Positions 39,079 through 47,474 of a DNA stretch of 64,000 nucleotides are shown here, piece after piece. This DNA is from a virus: IMG/VR virus record IMGVR_UViG_3300023180_000018; one strand, written 5' to 3'. The position numbers were made by a program, and so were the translations under genes. The stretch's first letter is position 1; each line of letters begins with the position of its first letter. The notes under the pieces are model-generated. The model was given only the letters and a program-made list of their open reading frames with translations, searched no databases and was not told where the DNA came from.

Positions 39079-39312
39079 TTACTCCTCCTTTGCAGATACT
39101 TTATAACCAGCAGCTTCCCATTCAGCGATAGTTCGACACTTCATTTTTTTATGAGTGAGACCAGCAGGCCCACGAACTTCAATACGTGCACAAAACTTAC
39201 CATCTTCGGCTGCTTTAGCAACATAGTCTTGTTCATCTGCAGATATAGGTTGAGCAACAAGTGATGCTGCGAAAATAACACCGCTACATGCGGCAAGGAT
39301 TTCTTTTTTCAT
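39079..39312 (-). CDS. Small exported protein
   Basis: Signal peptide, two mature Cys (KFCAR, KCRTIAEW). Confidence 0.6.
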   Translation of the reverse strand: MKKEILAACSGVIFAASLVAQPISADEQDYVAKAAEDGKFCARIEVRGPAGLTHKKMKCRTIAEWEAAGYKVSAKEE

Positions 39313-39322
39313 TTTAACGTCC

Positions 39323-39751
39323 TTAGTGAGATTTGATTTCTATCTTTCTCGGACGCTGTTCTTCGGGCAGTTCAACTCTCAGTTTAATGACTAGTAAACC
39401 GTTGACGAATTCAGCTCCATCAACGACAACATGGTCAGCGAGTCTAAATGTTTCCACGAATTTTTTAGTGGTAATCCCTTTATGTAAATACTGTTTAGTA
39501 TCTTCATCCGGAGTACCCTTAATGATTAGAACACCAGGTTGCACTTCGATGTCCAAATCTTTTTTCTTATAACCGCCCAGGGCAAATTCCATAGAGTATT
39601 CTTCATCACTATGTTTTACAATATTGTGACGAGGAAACCCTTTCTCATTTGCGCCAACAGCAGTTAATTTTTCGATCTCATCCCAGACATGGTCGAAACC
39701 AATGAAACGAGAATGTGGAAATGAAAACACTTTAGTTCGTGTATTAACCAT
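39323..39751 (-). CDS. Small heat shock protein (Hsp20/IbpA-like)
   Basis: FIGFD, FPRHNI, YLHKGI, F.LA..V.V.GA...NGLL, PRKIEI. Confidence 0.93.
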   Translation of the reverse strand: MVNTRTKVFSFPHSRFIGFDHVWDEIEKLTAVGANEKGFPRHNIVKHSDEEYSMEFALGGYKKKDLDIEVQPGVLIIKGTPDEDTKQYLHKGITTKKFVETFRLADHVVVDGAEFVNGLLVIKLRVELPEEQRPRKIEIKSH

Positions 39752-39823
39752 ATTTGCCTCCTTATTTAAAGCAAGGTTGTTGTCTAGTTACCGGACCATT
39801 CCGCATAACCGTTTTTATTTATA
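39752..39823 (-). promoter_or_regulatory. Late promoter and ROSE-like leader of hsp20
   Basis: TATAAATA at 39816-39823; CCTTGCT can pair with the AAGGAGG SD. Confidence 0.5.
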
Positions 39824-39852
39824 CGACTTATCGCATAAAATAAAAAAATAAT

Positions 39853-40476
39853 TTAAAAATTTGTTATAAGACGTTCAACTTCAACATCTTCATCTTTTAA
39901 TGTTATAAAGAATCTACAGTTGAATAAATTTTCTTCGTATTGTAAACCATGGATTTGCATATTGTTTATCAGATAAACTCCATCTAAAATATAAGAACCA
40001 TAAAGTTCTAATGAAGGATTACCTTCTTTATCTTCATACCAATACAGACGCAAAGGTTCTTCTCTTCTTGCAAACTCATCACTCTTTATTGCAGGATTAG
40101 CTTCAGGATCAAATGAAGTTTCTAATGCAAGAGCATCTTTATTCATTTTATAGAAGTTAGTTACACATCCACCGTTATTATACATTGGTGTTATTAGTTT
40201 AAATTTATAAGAGCCACCATCTGTATGAGCAACATTTGGAACTTTAGCAGGAAAACTTAAAGCACCCCAATCATCTATGTTTAGATTAAGTGGTGCAAGA
40301 GCCTTTGATACAATTGGAAGACTTTCTTCCATAGGAAATTCTGAATGAGCATAACTAATTGCATCATAAACTTCGTGATTAAATTTTTCTTCAGGAAAAA
40401 ATTCTTGTAGTTCTTTTAACATTTCTTCTGTGAATTCTATATTTAATTTGTAATAATATAAATTAGAATTATTCAT
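39853..40476 (-). CDS. Hypothetical protein, possible 2OG-Fe(II)/cupin fold
   Basis: AHTD...IHGL...CRF spacing. Confidence 0.45.
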   Translation of the reverse strand: MNNSNLYYYKLNIEFTEEMLKELQEFFPEEKFNHEVYDAISYAHSEFPMEESLPIVSKALAPLNLNIDDWGALSFPAKVPNVAHTDGGSYKFKLITPMYNNGGCVTNFYKMNKDALALETSFDPEANPAIKSDEFARREEPLRLYWYEDKEGNPSLELYGSYILDGVYLINNMQIHGLQYEENLFNCRFFITLKDEDVEVERLITNF

Positions 40477-40485
40477 ATCTTTATC

Positions 40486-41121
40486 TCATTTATAGGTTAT
40501 AAAAAAGTTTAAAGTTCTTCTAGTTATATTAGAAGAAGAATAAAATTTATGGAAAGTACTATTTGTATTTCTCCAAATGATTGCTCGATTATTTACCGGT
40601 GAATATTTACGTGATGATTGAGGATTTTGTGGAGGATTACCATCTCCTAGAAATATATGACCACCCTCTACTTCTTCAACCGGTTCTTTATAAAAATACA
40701 CTAAAATTTGCCAGCACTTTTCTTCATTGTCAACATGCCAATCTCTTAAGAGATTCGGCTTAGGCGTTATAGCCATTGAGTTATATCTAATACCTCCAAA
40801 TTCAACTTGCCTTTGTTCTTTAATCTTAAATTTTCTTAATAACAATTCATGCATATTTTGTGTTTTGTTAATATTATATAGATTAAATTTTTTGAACCAC
40901 GGATGCAATAGTGAAGAGTTAACTTCATTCATAAATGAATACGATTCAGCATAATTAGATCGCTTTAATATATCTTCAGGAAATCTATCACATATTAAAT
41001 CAGATATATATTTTGGAAAAACATTATCTAAGACAGCATGCTGCCAAGGTGTTTCATACACTACAGCATTGCTAATATTTTGTAATAGATATAAATGTTC
41101 GTCTTGTTCTACTTTTTTCAT
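40486..41121 (-). CDS. 2OG-Fe(II) oxygenase family protein
   Basis: PWQHAVLDNVF, WHVD, ILVYF, GG, NRAIIW, FHKF, RRTLN. Confidence 0.8.
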   Translation of the reverse strand: MKKVEQDEHLYLLQNISNAVVYETPWQHAVLDNVFPKYISDLICDRFPEDILKRSNYAESYSFMNEVNSSLLHPWFKKFNLYNINKTQNMHELLLRKFKIKEQRQVEFGGIRYNSMAITPKPNLLRDWHVDNEEKCWQILVYFYKEPVEEVEGGHIFLGDGNPPQNPQSSRKYSPVNNRAIIWRNTNSTFHKFYSSSNITRRTLNFFITYK

Positions 41122-42287
41122 ATAATTTTTAATAAAATTGTATCTTTATTAATACGGCCATTTAATAGTGCGGGTTTACTTGTAATTTCATCTAAGTATT
41201 TTCTTAATGCAACTTTACCAGACTTATTAAACTGCTTTAATTGTTCTTCTGGTTTCCTCAGTGTTTTCTGAATGCTTTTTGTAGGATCATAATTAATTAT
41301 AGTAGAGCCTTTAACACTCAATTCACCAAATAAACTATCAGCAACGTACTTACCAATTCTACGATATTTAGTATTAAACACCCACAATTCAGTTGCACCT
41401 AATATATCTATTGGATTAATTGAAACTACTTTAAATTCTGTATTAGTAGTTTGATAATTTAATCTAGAAATAATTTTTTCTTTACTTACAGCTTTAGCTT
41501 TACGTGGCTTACGCTTAGCTTTACCTGCGTTAATAATCATATCGCATGCAACATCAATTTTTTCATAAAACATAAGAAAATGTTTACGTTCATTTTTAGA
41601 TAAATGATTGTATGCTTCTTTTATTTGCTCGTCTTCAAACGCAACAACTTCTTTAGCTTCTTCAAGCATCGATGCATATTGATCTTTTATTATTTTAGCA
41701 TGTGCGGGTTTAACTATTTCTGAAGATAATAGCATTTTATATGGATCAAATTTATTAATGTCTAGATTATCTAGAATTTCTTCAAATTCTGACATTAATG
41801 GAATCACTTGTTCTAACATACGCTGCTGTATGCTTATAACTTCTGCTTTAGGCTTTTCTTCTTTTTGTTCTATTTCATCTTCTATTAATGAACCATTAGT
41901 AATAGAATGCTCAATAGCTGTTTTTATATAAGATGAAAGAGGTTGTAATGCACGAGTACCAGGCAAAGAATCCATATATTCTGCGTGAATAGGATTATGA
42001 TCTGGACACCCAGCTTTTAATAATTTACACAACAAACCAGTAGATGAAGAAATACCTGGATACCCTATTGATTTTTTAGCAGTGCTAATATCAATACTAG
42101 AGTATCCAGTTTTCTTCATCCAATCAAACACAAGAGCAATCAATTCTTTAGTTGGAGATTCTTCATAAAATGATTGTCGGGCATCGTGCCACAATTTATG
42201 AAATGATTTACCATCTAATTTTTCCCAACCGGCAAAAGTGTGTTGAGATTTAGTTCTTGATATGCGCTTAGTTTTTTTATTTTTCAA
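41118..42287 (-). CDS. Conserved T4-like phage hypothetical protein
   Basis: SIQQRM, KRKPRK, VSINP..I.GA.ELWVFNTK.R, VKGSTI, KTLRKP, NGRIN. Confidence 0.75.
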   Translation of the reverse strand: MKNKKTKRISRTKSQHTFAGWEKLDGKSFHKLWHDARQSFYEESPTKELIALVFDWMKKTGYSSIDISTAKKSIGYPGISSSTGLLCKLLKAGCPDHNPIHAEYMDSLPGTRALQPLSSYIKTAIEHSITNGSLIEDEIEQKEEKPKAEVISIQQRMLEQVIPLMSEFEEILDNLDINKFDPYKMLLSSEIVKPAHAKIIKDQYASMLEEAKEVVAFEDEQIKEAYNHLSKNERKHFLMFYEKIDVACDMIINAGKAKRKPRKAKAVSKEKIISRLNYQTTNTEFKVVSINPIDILGATELWVFNTKYRRIGKYVADSLFGELSVKGSTIINYDPTKSIQKTLRKPEEQLKQFNKSGKVALRKYLDEITSKPALLNGRINKDTILLKII

Positions 42288-42474
42288 AGGGATTCCTCAT
42301 TTTACCCGCATGATTATAAATTCGTTTCATTATACGGTTAGTTTGATACCAAAGTTCTTGTATCATACGTTTAGTTTGATACCAAAGTTCTTGTACAAAT
42401 TCAAGGCAATAATCACAACGCAAAAAAATTGCTATGGAAATACCACCTACAAAAAATCCTAATAAGAATTCCAT
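42277..42474 (-). CDS. Small membrane protein with 11-aa tandem repeat
   Basis: N-terminal TM; QELWYQT repeated twice. Confidence 0.5.
   Translation of the reverse strand: MEFLLGFFVGGISIAIFLRCDYCLEFVQELWYQTKRMIQELWYQTNRIMKRIYNHAGKMRNPFEK
42338..42395. repeat. Two-copy 25-bp direct repeat, period 33 bp
   Basis: TTAGTTTGATACCAAAGTTCTTGTA at 42338 and 42371. Confidence 0.85.
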
Positions 42475-42475
42475 T

Positions 42476-42670
42476 CTACTCTACCCTATCTTTTTTGTCA
42501 ACTAATAATAAAGAACCCTCGATTGGCCAAAGATTTCCTCCTCGGCTAGTACATTGAATTTCTTCTGGTACATTTTGTACCTTAAGAAAATAAGAAGTTT
42601 TTCCACTTGACTTATAAGTAGATTCAATCGTACCACTGACAACACTACCTTGATAATTAAAGCTTTTCAC
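42476..42670 (-). CDS. Hypothetical protein
   Basis: Coupled ORF in early block. Confidence 0.5.
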   Translation of the reverse strand: MKSFNYQGSVVSGTIESTYKSSGKTSYFLKVQNVPEEIQCTSRGGNLWPIEGSLLLVDKKDRVE

Positions 42671-43002
42671 TTTGCCATCCTCGCTATTTCAGTTGCTTGT
42701 TTTTGGTCTATTATAGGTACTGCATTAGATTTATGCATCGTAGCAATACCTTTAATTAGGGTGCCTGTATATTTTGGTGATTCACGACGTCGACATTCTT
42801 TGCTAGATACAATTCCATTAGCAGAAGGATATCGTTTTAGCTCATTACAACGTTCGGTACCCAGCGTGACAGGCGGCACGTATTCTTTAAAGGTAGCTTT
42901 ATATTTTTTACAAACCTCACCTTTAGGCTTACGTTTTTTACGCTTACGACCATGCATATCATAACGCATGTCTGCATAAAACATTATACATACTCCTAAC
43001 AA
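42667..43002 (-). CDS. Conserved basic phage protein
   Basis: YTGTLIKGIATMHKSNAVP motif; start probably MFYADM. Confidence 0.7.
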   Translation of the reverse strand: MLGVCIMFYADMRYDMHGRKRKKRKPKGEVCKKYKATFKEYVPPVTLGTERCNELKRYPSANGIVSSKECRRRESPKYTGTLIKGIATMHKSNAVPIIDQKQATEIARMAK

Positions 43003-43013
43003 TTTAAAGTACT

Positions 43014-43062
43014 ATTCTACCACAATTCATGAAAAAGTAAACCAGCATGTAAGTTATTGTTT
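43014..43062 (-). promoter_or_regulatory. Early sigma70-type promoter with near-IHF box
   Basis: GTTTACT-16 nt-TAGAAT; AAACAATAACTTA at 43050-43062. Confidence 0.6.
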
Positions 43063-43076
43063 TTATTGTTAAAAGT

Positions 43077-43149
43077 CGGATAGGCAGGGATTTGAACCCC
43101 AATCTTTGGCTATGGACACCAACGTGTTTAGTCTTTACACCACCTATCC
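43077..43149 (-). tRNA. Atypical tRNA-like element (nominal anticodon CCA, Trp) or pseudo-tRNA
   Basis: Acceptor GGATAGG/CCTATCC, D stem GTGT/ACAC, anticodon stem TTGGT/GCCAA with loop GTCCATA, T loop TTCAAAT; no encoded CCA end. Confidence 0.5.
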
Positions 43150-43153
43150 ACAA

Positions 43154-43241
43154 TGGTACCTGGAGCCGGACTCGAACCGGCACAGCCTATACGGCCGAGG
43201 GATTTTAAGTCCCTTGTGTCTACCAATTTCACCATCCAGGC
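43154..43241 (-). tRNA. tRNA-Leu(TAA)
   Basis: Cloverleaf with long variable arm, loop CTTAAAA, CCA end. Confidence 0.95.
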
Positions 43242-43254
43242 AAATTGTTGTATT

Positions 43255-43331
43255 TGGTCGGGGTAGAGAGATTCGAACTCCCGACATCCTGCTCCCAAAG
43301 CAGGCGCGCTACCAGACTGCGCTATACCCCG
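43255..43331 (-). tRNA. tRNA-Pro(TGG)
   Basis: CGGGGTATAGCGCAG...loop TTTGGGA...CCA. Confidence 0.95.
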
Positions 43332-43342
43332 AATTTGTAAAA

Positions 43343-43419
43343 TGGCGATCCGTACCGGACTCGAACCGGTGACCTCTAGCGTGACAGGCTAGCATTCTAA
43401 CCAACTGAACTAACGGACC
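43343..43419 (-). tRNA. tRNA-Asp(GTC)
   Basis: GGTCCGTTAGTTCAG...loop CTGTCAC...GCCA. Confidence 0.95.
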
Positions 43420-43424
43420 TAATT

Positions 43425-43508
43425 TGGTGGAAGGGGTTGGATTCGAACCAACGTAGCTCTCGCGTCAGATTTACAGTCTGATGGTTTTAACCACTCACCC
43501 ACCCTTCC
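43425..43508 (-). tRNA. tRNA-Tyr(GTA)
   Basis: Loop CTGTAAA, variable arm, ACCA end. Confidence 0.95.
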
Positions 43509-43599
43509 AATCTTTTAAACCAAGATAAAACAATACACCAGCCAAACTGAATAAAAATAGTACAACGATTTCGTGTGCGTATTGTTCTAACATAATATT

Positions 43600-43675
<76 letters not shown>

Positions 43676-43684
43676 ATTTTTAAT

Positions 43685-43712
43685 ATTCTACACTATTTTA
43701 TGAAAATGTCAA
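43685..43712 (-). promoter_or_regulatory. Sigma70-type promoter for the tRNA cluster
   Basis: TTGACA-16 nt-TAGAAT just upstream of tRNA-Asn. Confidence 0.7.
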
Positions 43713-43897
43713 CCGGCTAGGTAAGTTGTTGATTTGTTTGCTAATTTTTGATATGCTTTATATTTTTCATGAACTTCATCAGCTAAAGCTCTTTTTAAAA
43801 CCTCAATGTCAGATTTTAAAGAATCATTTTCTTTCTTTAATTCTAAAATTTCAATTCTAAGTTGATCGTATATTGAAGTCTTATCTTCTATTTTCAC
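43709..43897 (-). CDS. Small coiled-coil protein
   Basis: Heptad pattern; AGGAG RBS before GTG. Confidence 0.55.
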   Translation of the reverse strand: MKIEDKTSIYDQLRIEILELKKENDSLKSDIEVLKRALADEVHEKYKAYQKLANKSTTYLAG

Positions 43898-43911
43898 AAT
43901 TGCTCCTAAAT

Positions 43912-43987
43912 TGGTGCCGCCACCAAGAATCGAACTCGGGACCTACTGATTACAAATCAGTTGCTCTACCTGCTGAGCTATAGCGGC
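43912..43987 (-). tRNA. tRNA-Thr(TGT)
   Basis: GCCGCTATAGCTCAG...loop TTTGTAA...ACCA. Confidence 0.95.
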
Positions 43988-44150
43988 GATCTTTCTTTCA
44001 TTCCACTTATGTTTTGTTCTTTTCTAGAAAAATACATAAAAGCTCGTATATTATCAATTAAAAATGTAATTTCTTCGTCATTAACATAATTACGTTCATT
44101 GGCTAATTTGTATATAATTTTATCTGTTTTCTTTTGCCAATCCGCTTGCA

Positions 44151-44300
44151 TTATCTACCTTGGCCTCTATACTTTTTGTATGATCGCTTTTTACTTTTAT
44201 TTAAACTAGATGTTTTAAATAAACCATTCCCAATAGATGTTCCTTTTTTTGTAGGTTCTGGTCTTGCAACAGAACCTAATCCTCCACGTGATTTCGCCAT
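44151..44300 (-). CDS. Small basic protein (49 aa)
   Basis: Manual translation MAKSRGGLGSVARPEPTKKGTSIGNGLFKTSSLNKSKKRSYKKYRGQGR; GAGGAG RBS. Confidence 0.7.
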   Translation of the reverse strand: MAKSRGGLGSVARPEPTKKGTSIGNGLFKTSSLNKSKKRSYKKYRGQGR

Positions 44301-44319
44301 AACTATCTCCTCATATTAG

Positions 44320-44649
44320 TGGCAGTATTCTGTTGCCAGGAACTGCCGAAACCCCGCGATGGCTATTGCTGTTTAGGCAGCCATTGCATAGTCGTAAACG
44401 TCATCGTTTGCGTTTATATTTAATTTGATCTTTTAACGTCACTATCAGGACGATTCTCCACAATATTTGCGTTGCCCGTCGAATCCAGAACGCCCCCATC
44501 AGAAATGCACTTACCACAATTGGTTCCTATTAAATGATACTTTTCTATGTCACTTTCTTTTACATTATTACATATACATAAGTACATTTTTGGTGGAGGC
44601 GAGGGGAGTCGAACCCCTGTCCGCACAATACTCCTATTGCTTCTACGAA
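44320..44649 (-). ncRNA. ssrA: Circularly permuted (two-piece) tmRNA; tag (A)ANDDVYDYAMAA
   Basis: Acceptor piece ...GGACAGGGGTTCGACTCCCCTCGCCTCCACCA ends at 44591; coding piece starts GGGGGCGTTCTGGATTCGAC at 44497; 7-bp acceptor stem with G3.U70; tag frame 44411-44373; outer boundaries approximate. Confidence 0.9.
44420..44587 (-). CDS. Miniature Bfd-like Cys-motif peptide encoded in the tmRNA intervening segment
   Basis: MYLCICNNVKESDI...GTNCGKCI resembles Bfd MYVCLCN...G.QCGKC with a shortened spacer. Confidence 0.55.
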   Translation of the reverse strand: MYLCICNNVKESDIEKYHLIGTNCGKCISDGGVLDSTGNANIVENRPDSDVKRSN

Positions 44650-45171
44650 TTAGTAATAAAACACATGGTTATCTATTTCAGTAGCTTTAGACATACTCAA
44701 AGACCATGCTGGTTTAATTCTTGTAGCATGATAAAATAAAGAACCATTAGTATTATCATGATATTTATCATAATCTATTAAAAAACTTTCTGCCAATTTA
44801 TAAACTTTTATATAATATCTATCACTTATTTTTTTATTATCAAATAAATTTCTTTTGTGTCTTTGACAATACCAAGAAAACTGGCAAGCTTTTTTGTTTT
44901 TTTGTTTAACAACTCCACAAATAGTATCTGGAAAATTATAATGATTTACTCTGTTAATAGTAACGTTGGCTACTGCTAACTGACCTTCTAAAGGTTCTCC
45001 AACAGATTCAAAATATATATTAGCTGCTAAGCATTCAATTTCACTTTTATCTATTATATTCACATCTTCTTCAATGTCAACTCTTTCTAATACAATTGAT
45101 TCATTAAATCCATTACGACTAGTAGTATTTACTGAAAACAATAATAAACAGGTCAAAAGTATTATTCTCAT
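44650..45171 (-). CDS. Cell wall hydrolase (SleB/Hydrolase_2 family)
   Basis: Signal peptide, CLAANIYFES.GE, AVANVTINRV, FPDTICGVV, CQFSW, GSLFYHA, HVFY. Confidence 0.92.
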   Translation of the reverse strand: MRIILLTCLLLFSVNTTSRNGFNESIVLERVDIEEDVNIIDKSEIECLAANIYFESVGEPLEGQLAVANVTINRVNHYNFPDTICGVVKQKNKKACQFSWYCQRHKRNLFDNKKISDRYYIKVYKLAESFLIDYDKYHDNTNGSLFYHATRIKPAWSLSMSKATEIDNHVFYY

Positions 45172-45181
45172 AAGAAAACTC

Positions 45182-45754
45182 CTATGGTGTTGAAATCATA
45201 CTCGCAAATCTTTGTTGTTCTTTTAAATATTGTGCATGAATATAATTCTGTTTGTGTTGTATAGTTACTTCACTAAATTCTAACTCAGGTCTTTCTAACA
45301 TAAAAATAATAAAATCAGAAACATCTTGATATTCAATTTTACCGACATCTAGATAATGATTTTCTTTTGCAATTAAACCTAGATTTAAAGTTGTTATTTT
45401 ACATTTCTTATTTGAATTAAAAACTAAATTATTACTTACGTGATTTAACGCTGCTTTTTGCGCAGCATAGATATATCCTTTAGAAATATTAGGATATTGT
45501 GCTCTAGAAGAAATATTAATAATATGTTTTTTATCATCATTGATCCAATGAGAATAAAATTTAATTAATAATTCTGGTTGCCACCAATTTACATGGGCCT
45601 GATTTATAAACATATCACAAGTTAAAGCTTCTGATAAGTTTTCCAACTCACCGGTTTCAGGATTAATTCTACAATTAATCCAATTAGCATTAATATTTTT
45701 ACGCAGATTTTCTGCTAGGCCTGTAGTACCCGTTATTGCGATCTTCATAATCAT
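45182..45754 (-). CDS. Short-chain dehydrogenase/reductase-like protein
   Basis: KIAITGT.GL, FINQA, IINISS, YAAQKAAL (YxxxK). Confidence 0.75.
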   Translation of the reverse strand: MIMKIAITGTTGLAENLRKNINANWINCRINPETGELENLSEALTCDMFINQAHVNWWQPELLIKFYSHWINDDKKHIINISSRAQYPNISKGYIYAAQKAALNHVSNNLVFNSNKKCKITTLNLGLIAKENHYLDVGKIEYQDVSDFIIFMLERPELEFSEVTIQHKQNYIHAQYLKEQQRFASMISTP

Positions 45755-46634
45755 TAATTACCTCAAAACTTTGTTTACCAAAAAGCGTACCATCTACACT
45801 ACACTTATTACAAGGAGAATTACTTCTATCACCCTTACGTAATTTTCTTCGTAATGAGCGCATTGGTTTAGAAAACCATACGTCAAACAAAGAATCTTGT
45901 ATTAAATTACCAATCACGTGTTCTCTTCCCCAATCATTAGAGCAAAAAAGTACATCACCATTCCAATCTACAAACATCTTATAAAAAGGATAGTGACAAG
46001 GTTTACCTTGTAAACTTTTTACATCTGTTTCTTCAATGCCTATCCAATCAATTGTACCAGATCTATTATTTAGTATAAGTCCATGATCTGCCTGTGACCA
46101 ATGCATTCTAAATTTAAATTTATCTGTTGGAACATTTTTCATAATAACTGAGAAATGATCCATTTGCTCTGGACCATCGTAACAATTAATATACAAGAAA
46201 CTTAATCCCTTTTCAAATAAATTTTCTGCATATTCTTGTGTTAAAAAATCACCATTTGTATTACACTCAATAATGTTATCTGGTAATTCATTTCTAAAAC
46301 TTCGAATAATTTCTGGAAATTGATTATTTAAAGTATTTTCACCAAATCCAGACAACGAGATTTTTCCTTTATAGTTTGCTTCTGATAAATGTTTAGCAAT
46401 TAAGCTAGCGCCATAAGTACTCATATTTAAATTACGATTAGGAAATACTTCAGGATTATGACGAGGACAGAATACACATGTTCTGTTACATAATTCTGTA
46501 GTATTAATTTCAATAGTTAAAATAGAACTTAATGGATTATCAAAATCAATATCATTTCTAGAAAAATGAAGTTTTTCTTGTTGTTTTCTATAATCTAAAA
46601 ATTGATCTTTATCTGTAGTTATAATATCATTCAT
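45699..46634 (-). CDS. Radical SAM/SPASM-domain protein
   Basis: CNRTCVFC (CxxxCxxC), GFGE, NTNG, SPASM CHYPF...GDVLFC...IGNL...CNKC. Confidence 0.9.
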   Translation of the reverse strand: MNDIITTDKDQFLDYRKQQEKLHFSRNDIDFDNPLSSILTIEINTTELCNRTCVFCPRHNPEVFPNRNLNMSTYGASLIAKHLSEANYKGKISLSGFGENTLNNQFPEIIRSFRNELPDNIIECNTNGDFLTQEYAENLFEKGLSFLYINCYDGPEQMDHFSVIMKNVPTDKFKFRMHWSQADHGLILNNRSGTIDWIGIEETDVKSLQGKPCHYPFYKMFVDWNGDVLFCSNDWGREHVIGNLIQDSLFDVWFSKPMRSLRRKLRKGDRSNSPCNKCSVDGTLFGKQSFEVINDYEDRNNGYYRPSRKSA

Positions 46635-46890
46635 ACCAAGTCAATAAAGAGTATTTAAAAGAACGCCAACCATTATTATCTAAATCCCATACAGATATTA
46701 AATCATCATGATTATCCGGATTATTTGGCAAATACTCAATATCAATATCAGGATGATTTTCGGGAGGTATTAAAGATAAATCTAAAGTGCAACGCATAAT
46801 TCTTGGTTCCATTGTTGTAAGTTTTGTAAACCAAATAGTGTGTTCTCCTAAACTCAAAACAGATACAATTTCGTCGTAGCTACCTAACAT
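46627..46890 (-). CDS. WYL_2/SH3-fold phage protein (paralogue of 36688..36948)
   Basis: FTK...RIMRCTL...VWDLDNNGWRSFK. Confidence 0.7.
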   Translation of the reverse strand: MLGSYDEIVSVLSLGEHTIWFTKLTTMEPRIMRCTLDLSLIPPENHPDIDIEYLPNNPDNHDDLISVWDLDNNGWRSFKYSLLTWYE

Positions 46891-46891
46891 T

Positions 46892-47473
46892 TTAAACTCC
46901 GCTAATATGTTGATATATTTCTTTCCAAGAATTTAATCTTGGAATATTTCCTATATACTCAGAATTATGATTATGAGCATATAATATACTATTTAGGCCT
47001 GCATCAATTCCATCTTTTGCATTTTCAATTTTATCTTCTATCCAATAACATTCAATATTATTATAATGTTGCTTTAAAAATTTATCTTTTCGTGCACCAC
47101 ATGGTAAACAAATTACCTGTTCAATGGCAGAACCAAATAAATTATTTAAATTTTGTTCTCTTAATTTTTTAGCATACTTGTTAGTAGAAAGAGAAGTAAT
47201 ACAATGGAAAGTATATCCATGTTCTTCATGCAATTTTTTTACGTATTTAATAGAATCGTTTAAAGGACTTAACCAACCAATTTCTGCAGATTCATTAAAA
47301 ACTTTTACTAAAGTTTTTCCGAGTTCACGTGGAATATCATATTTTTTTGCTACATTATAGGAATTAGCATTCCAAATTTTATAATCATTTAATAACATCC
47401 ATTTGTCAAAATGATATTCCCAATCTAAAAGAACACCATCACAATCGGTTAGTATTAATTTATCTTTAAACAC
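46892..47473 (-). CDS. HAD-family phosphatase/nucleotidase (T4 gp30.2-like)
   Basis: LTDCDGVLLDW, CITS, WIEDK..NA. Confidence 0.85.
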   Translation of the reverse strand: MFKDKLILTDCDGVLLDWEYHFDKWMLLNDYKIWNANSYNVAKKYDIPRELGKTLVKVFNESAEIGWLSPLNDSIKYVKKLHEEHGYTFHCITSLSTNKYAKKLREQNLNNLFGSAIEQVICLPCGARKDKFLKQHYNNIECYWIEDKIENAKDGIDAGLNSILYAHNHNSEYIGNIPRLNSWKEIYQHISGV

Positions 47474-47474
47474 T

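Noticed and set aside
42338-42395. Direct repeat as a mini CRISPR array
   Set aside because: Only two copies with an 8-nt gap; the 33-bp period matches an 11-aa coding duplication; no cas genes
43106-43372. 88-aa plus-strand ORF
   Set aside because: Antisense to three tRNA genes; shadow ORF
44588-44626. N-terminal extension MRTGVRLPSPPPK of the 44420..44626 ORF
   Set aside because: It is the translation of the tmRNA T-arm and acceptor; the Bfd-like similarity begins at the ATG at 44587
44591-44649. tmRNA 3' fragment as an attP/attR prophage integration scar
   Set aside because: The matching 5' acceptor strand and a complete tag frame lie just downstream, fitting a permuted gene; no integrase or host boundary is in the window
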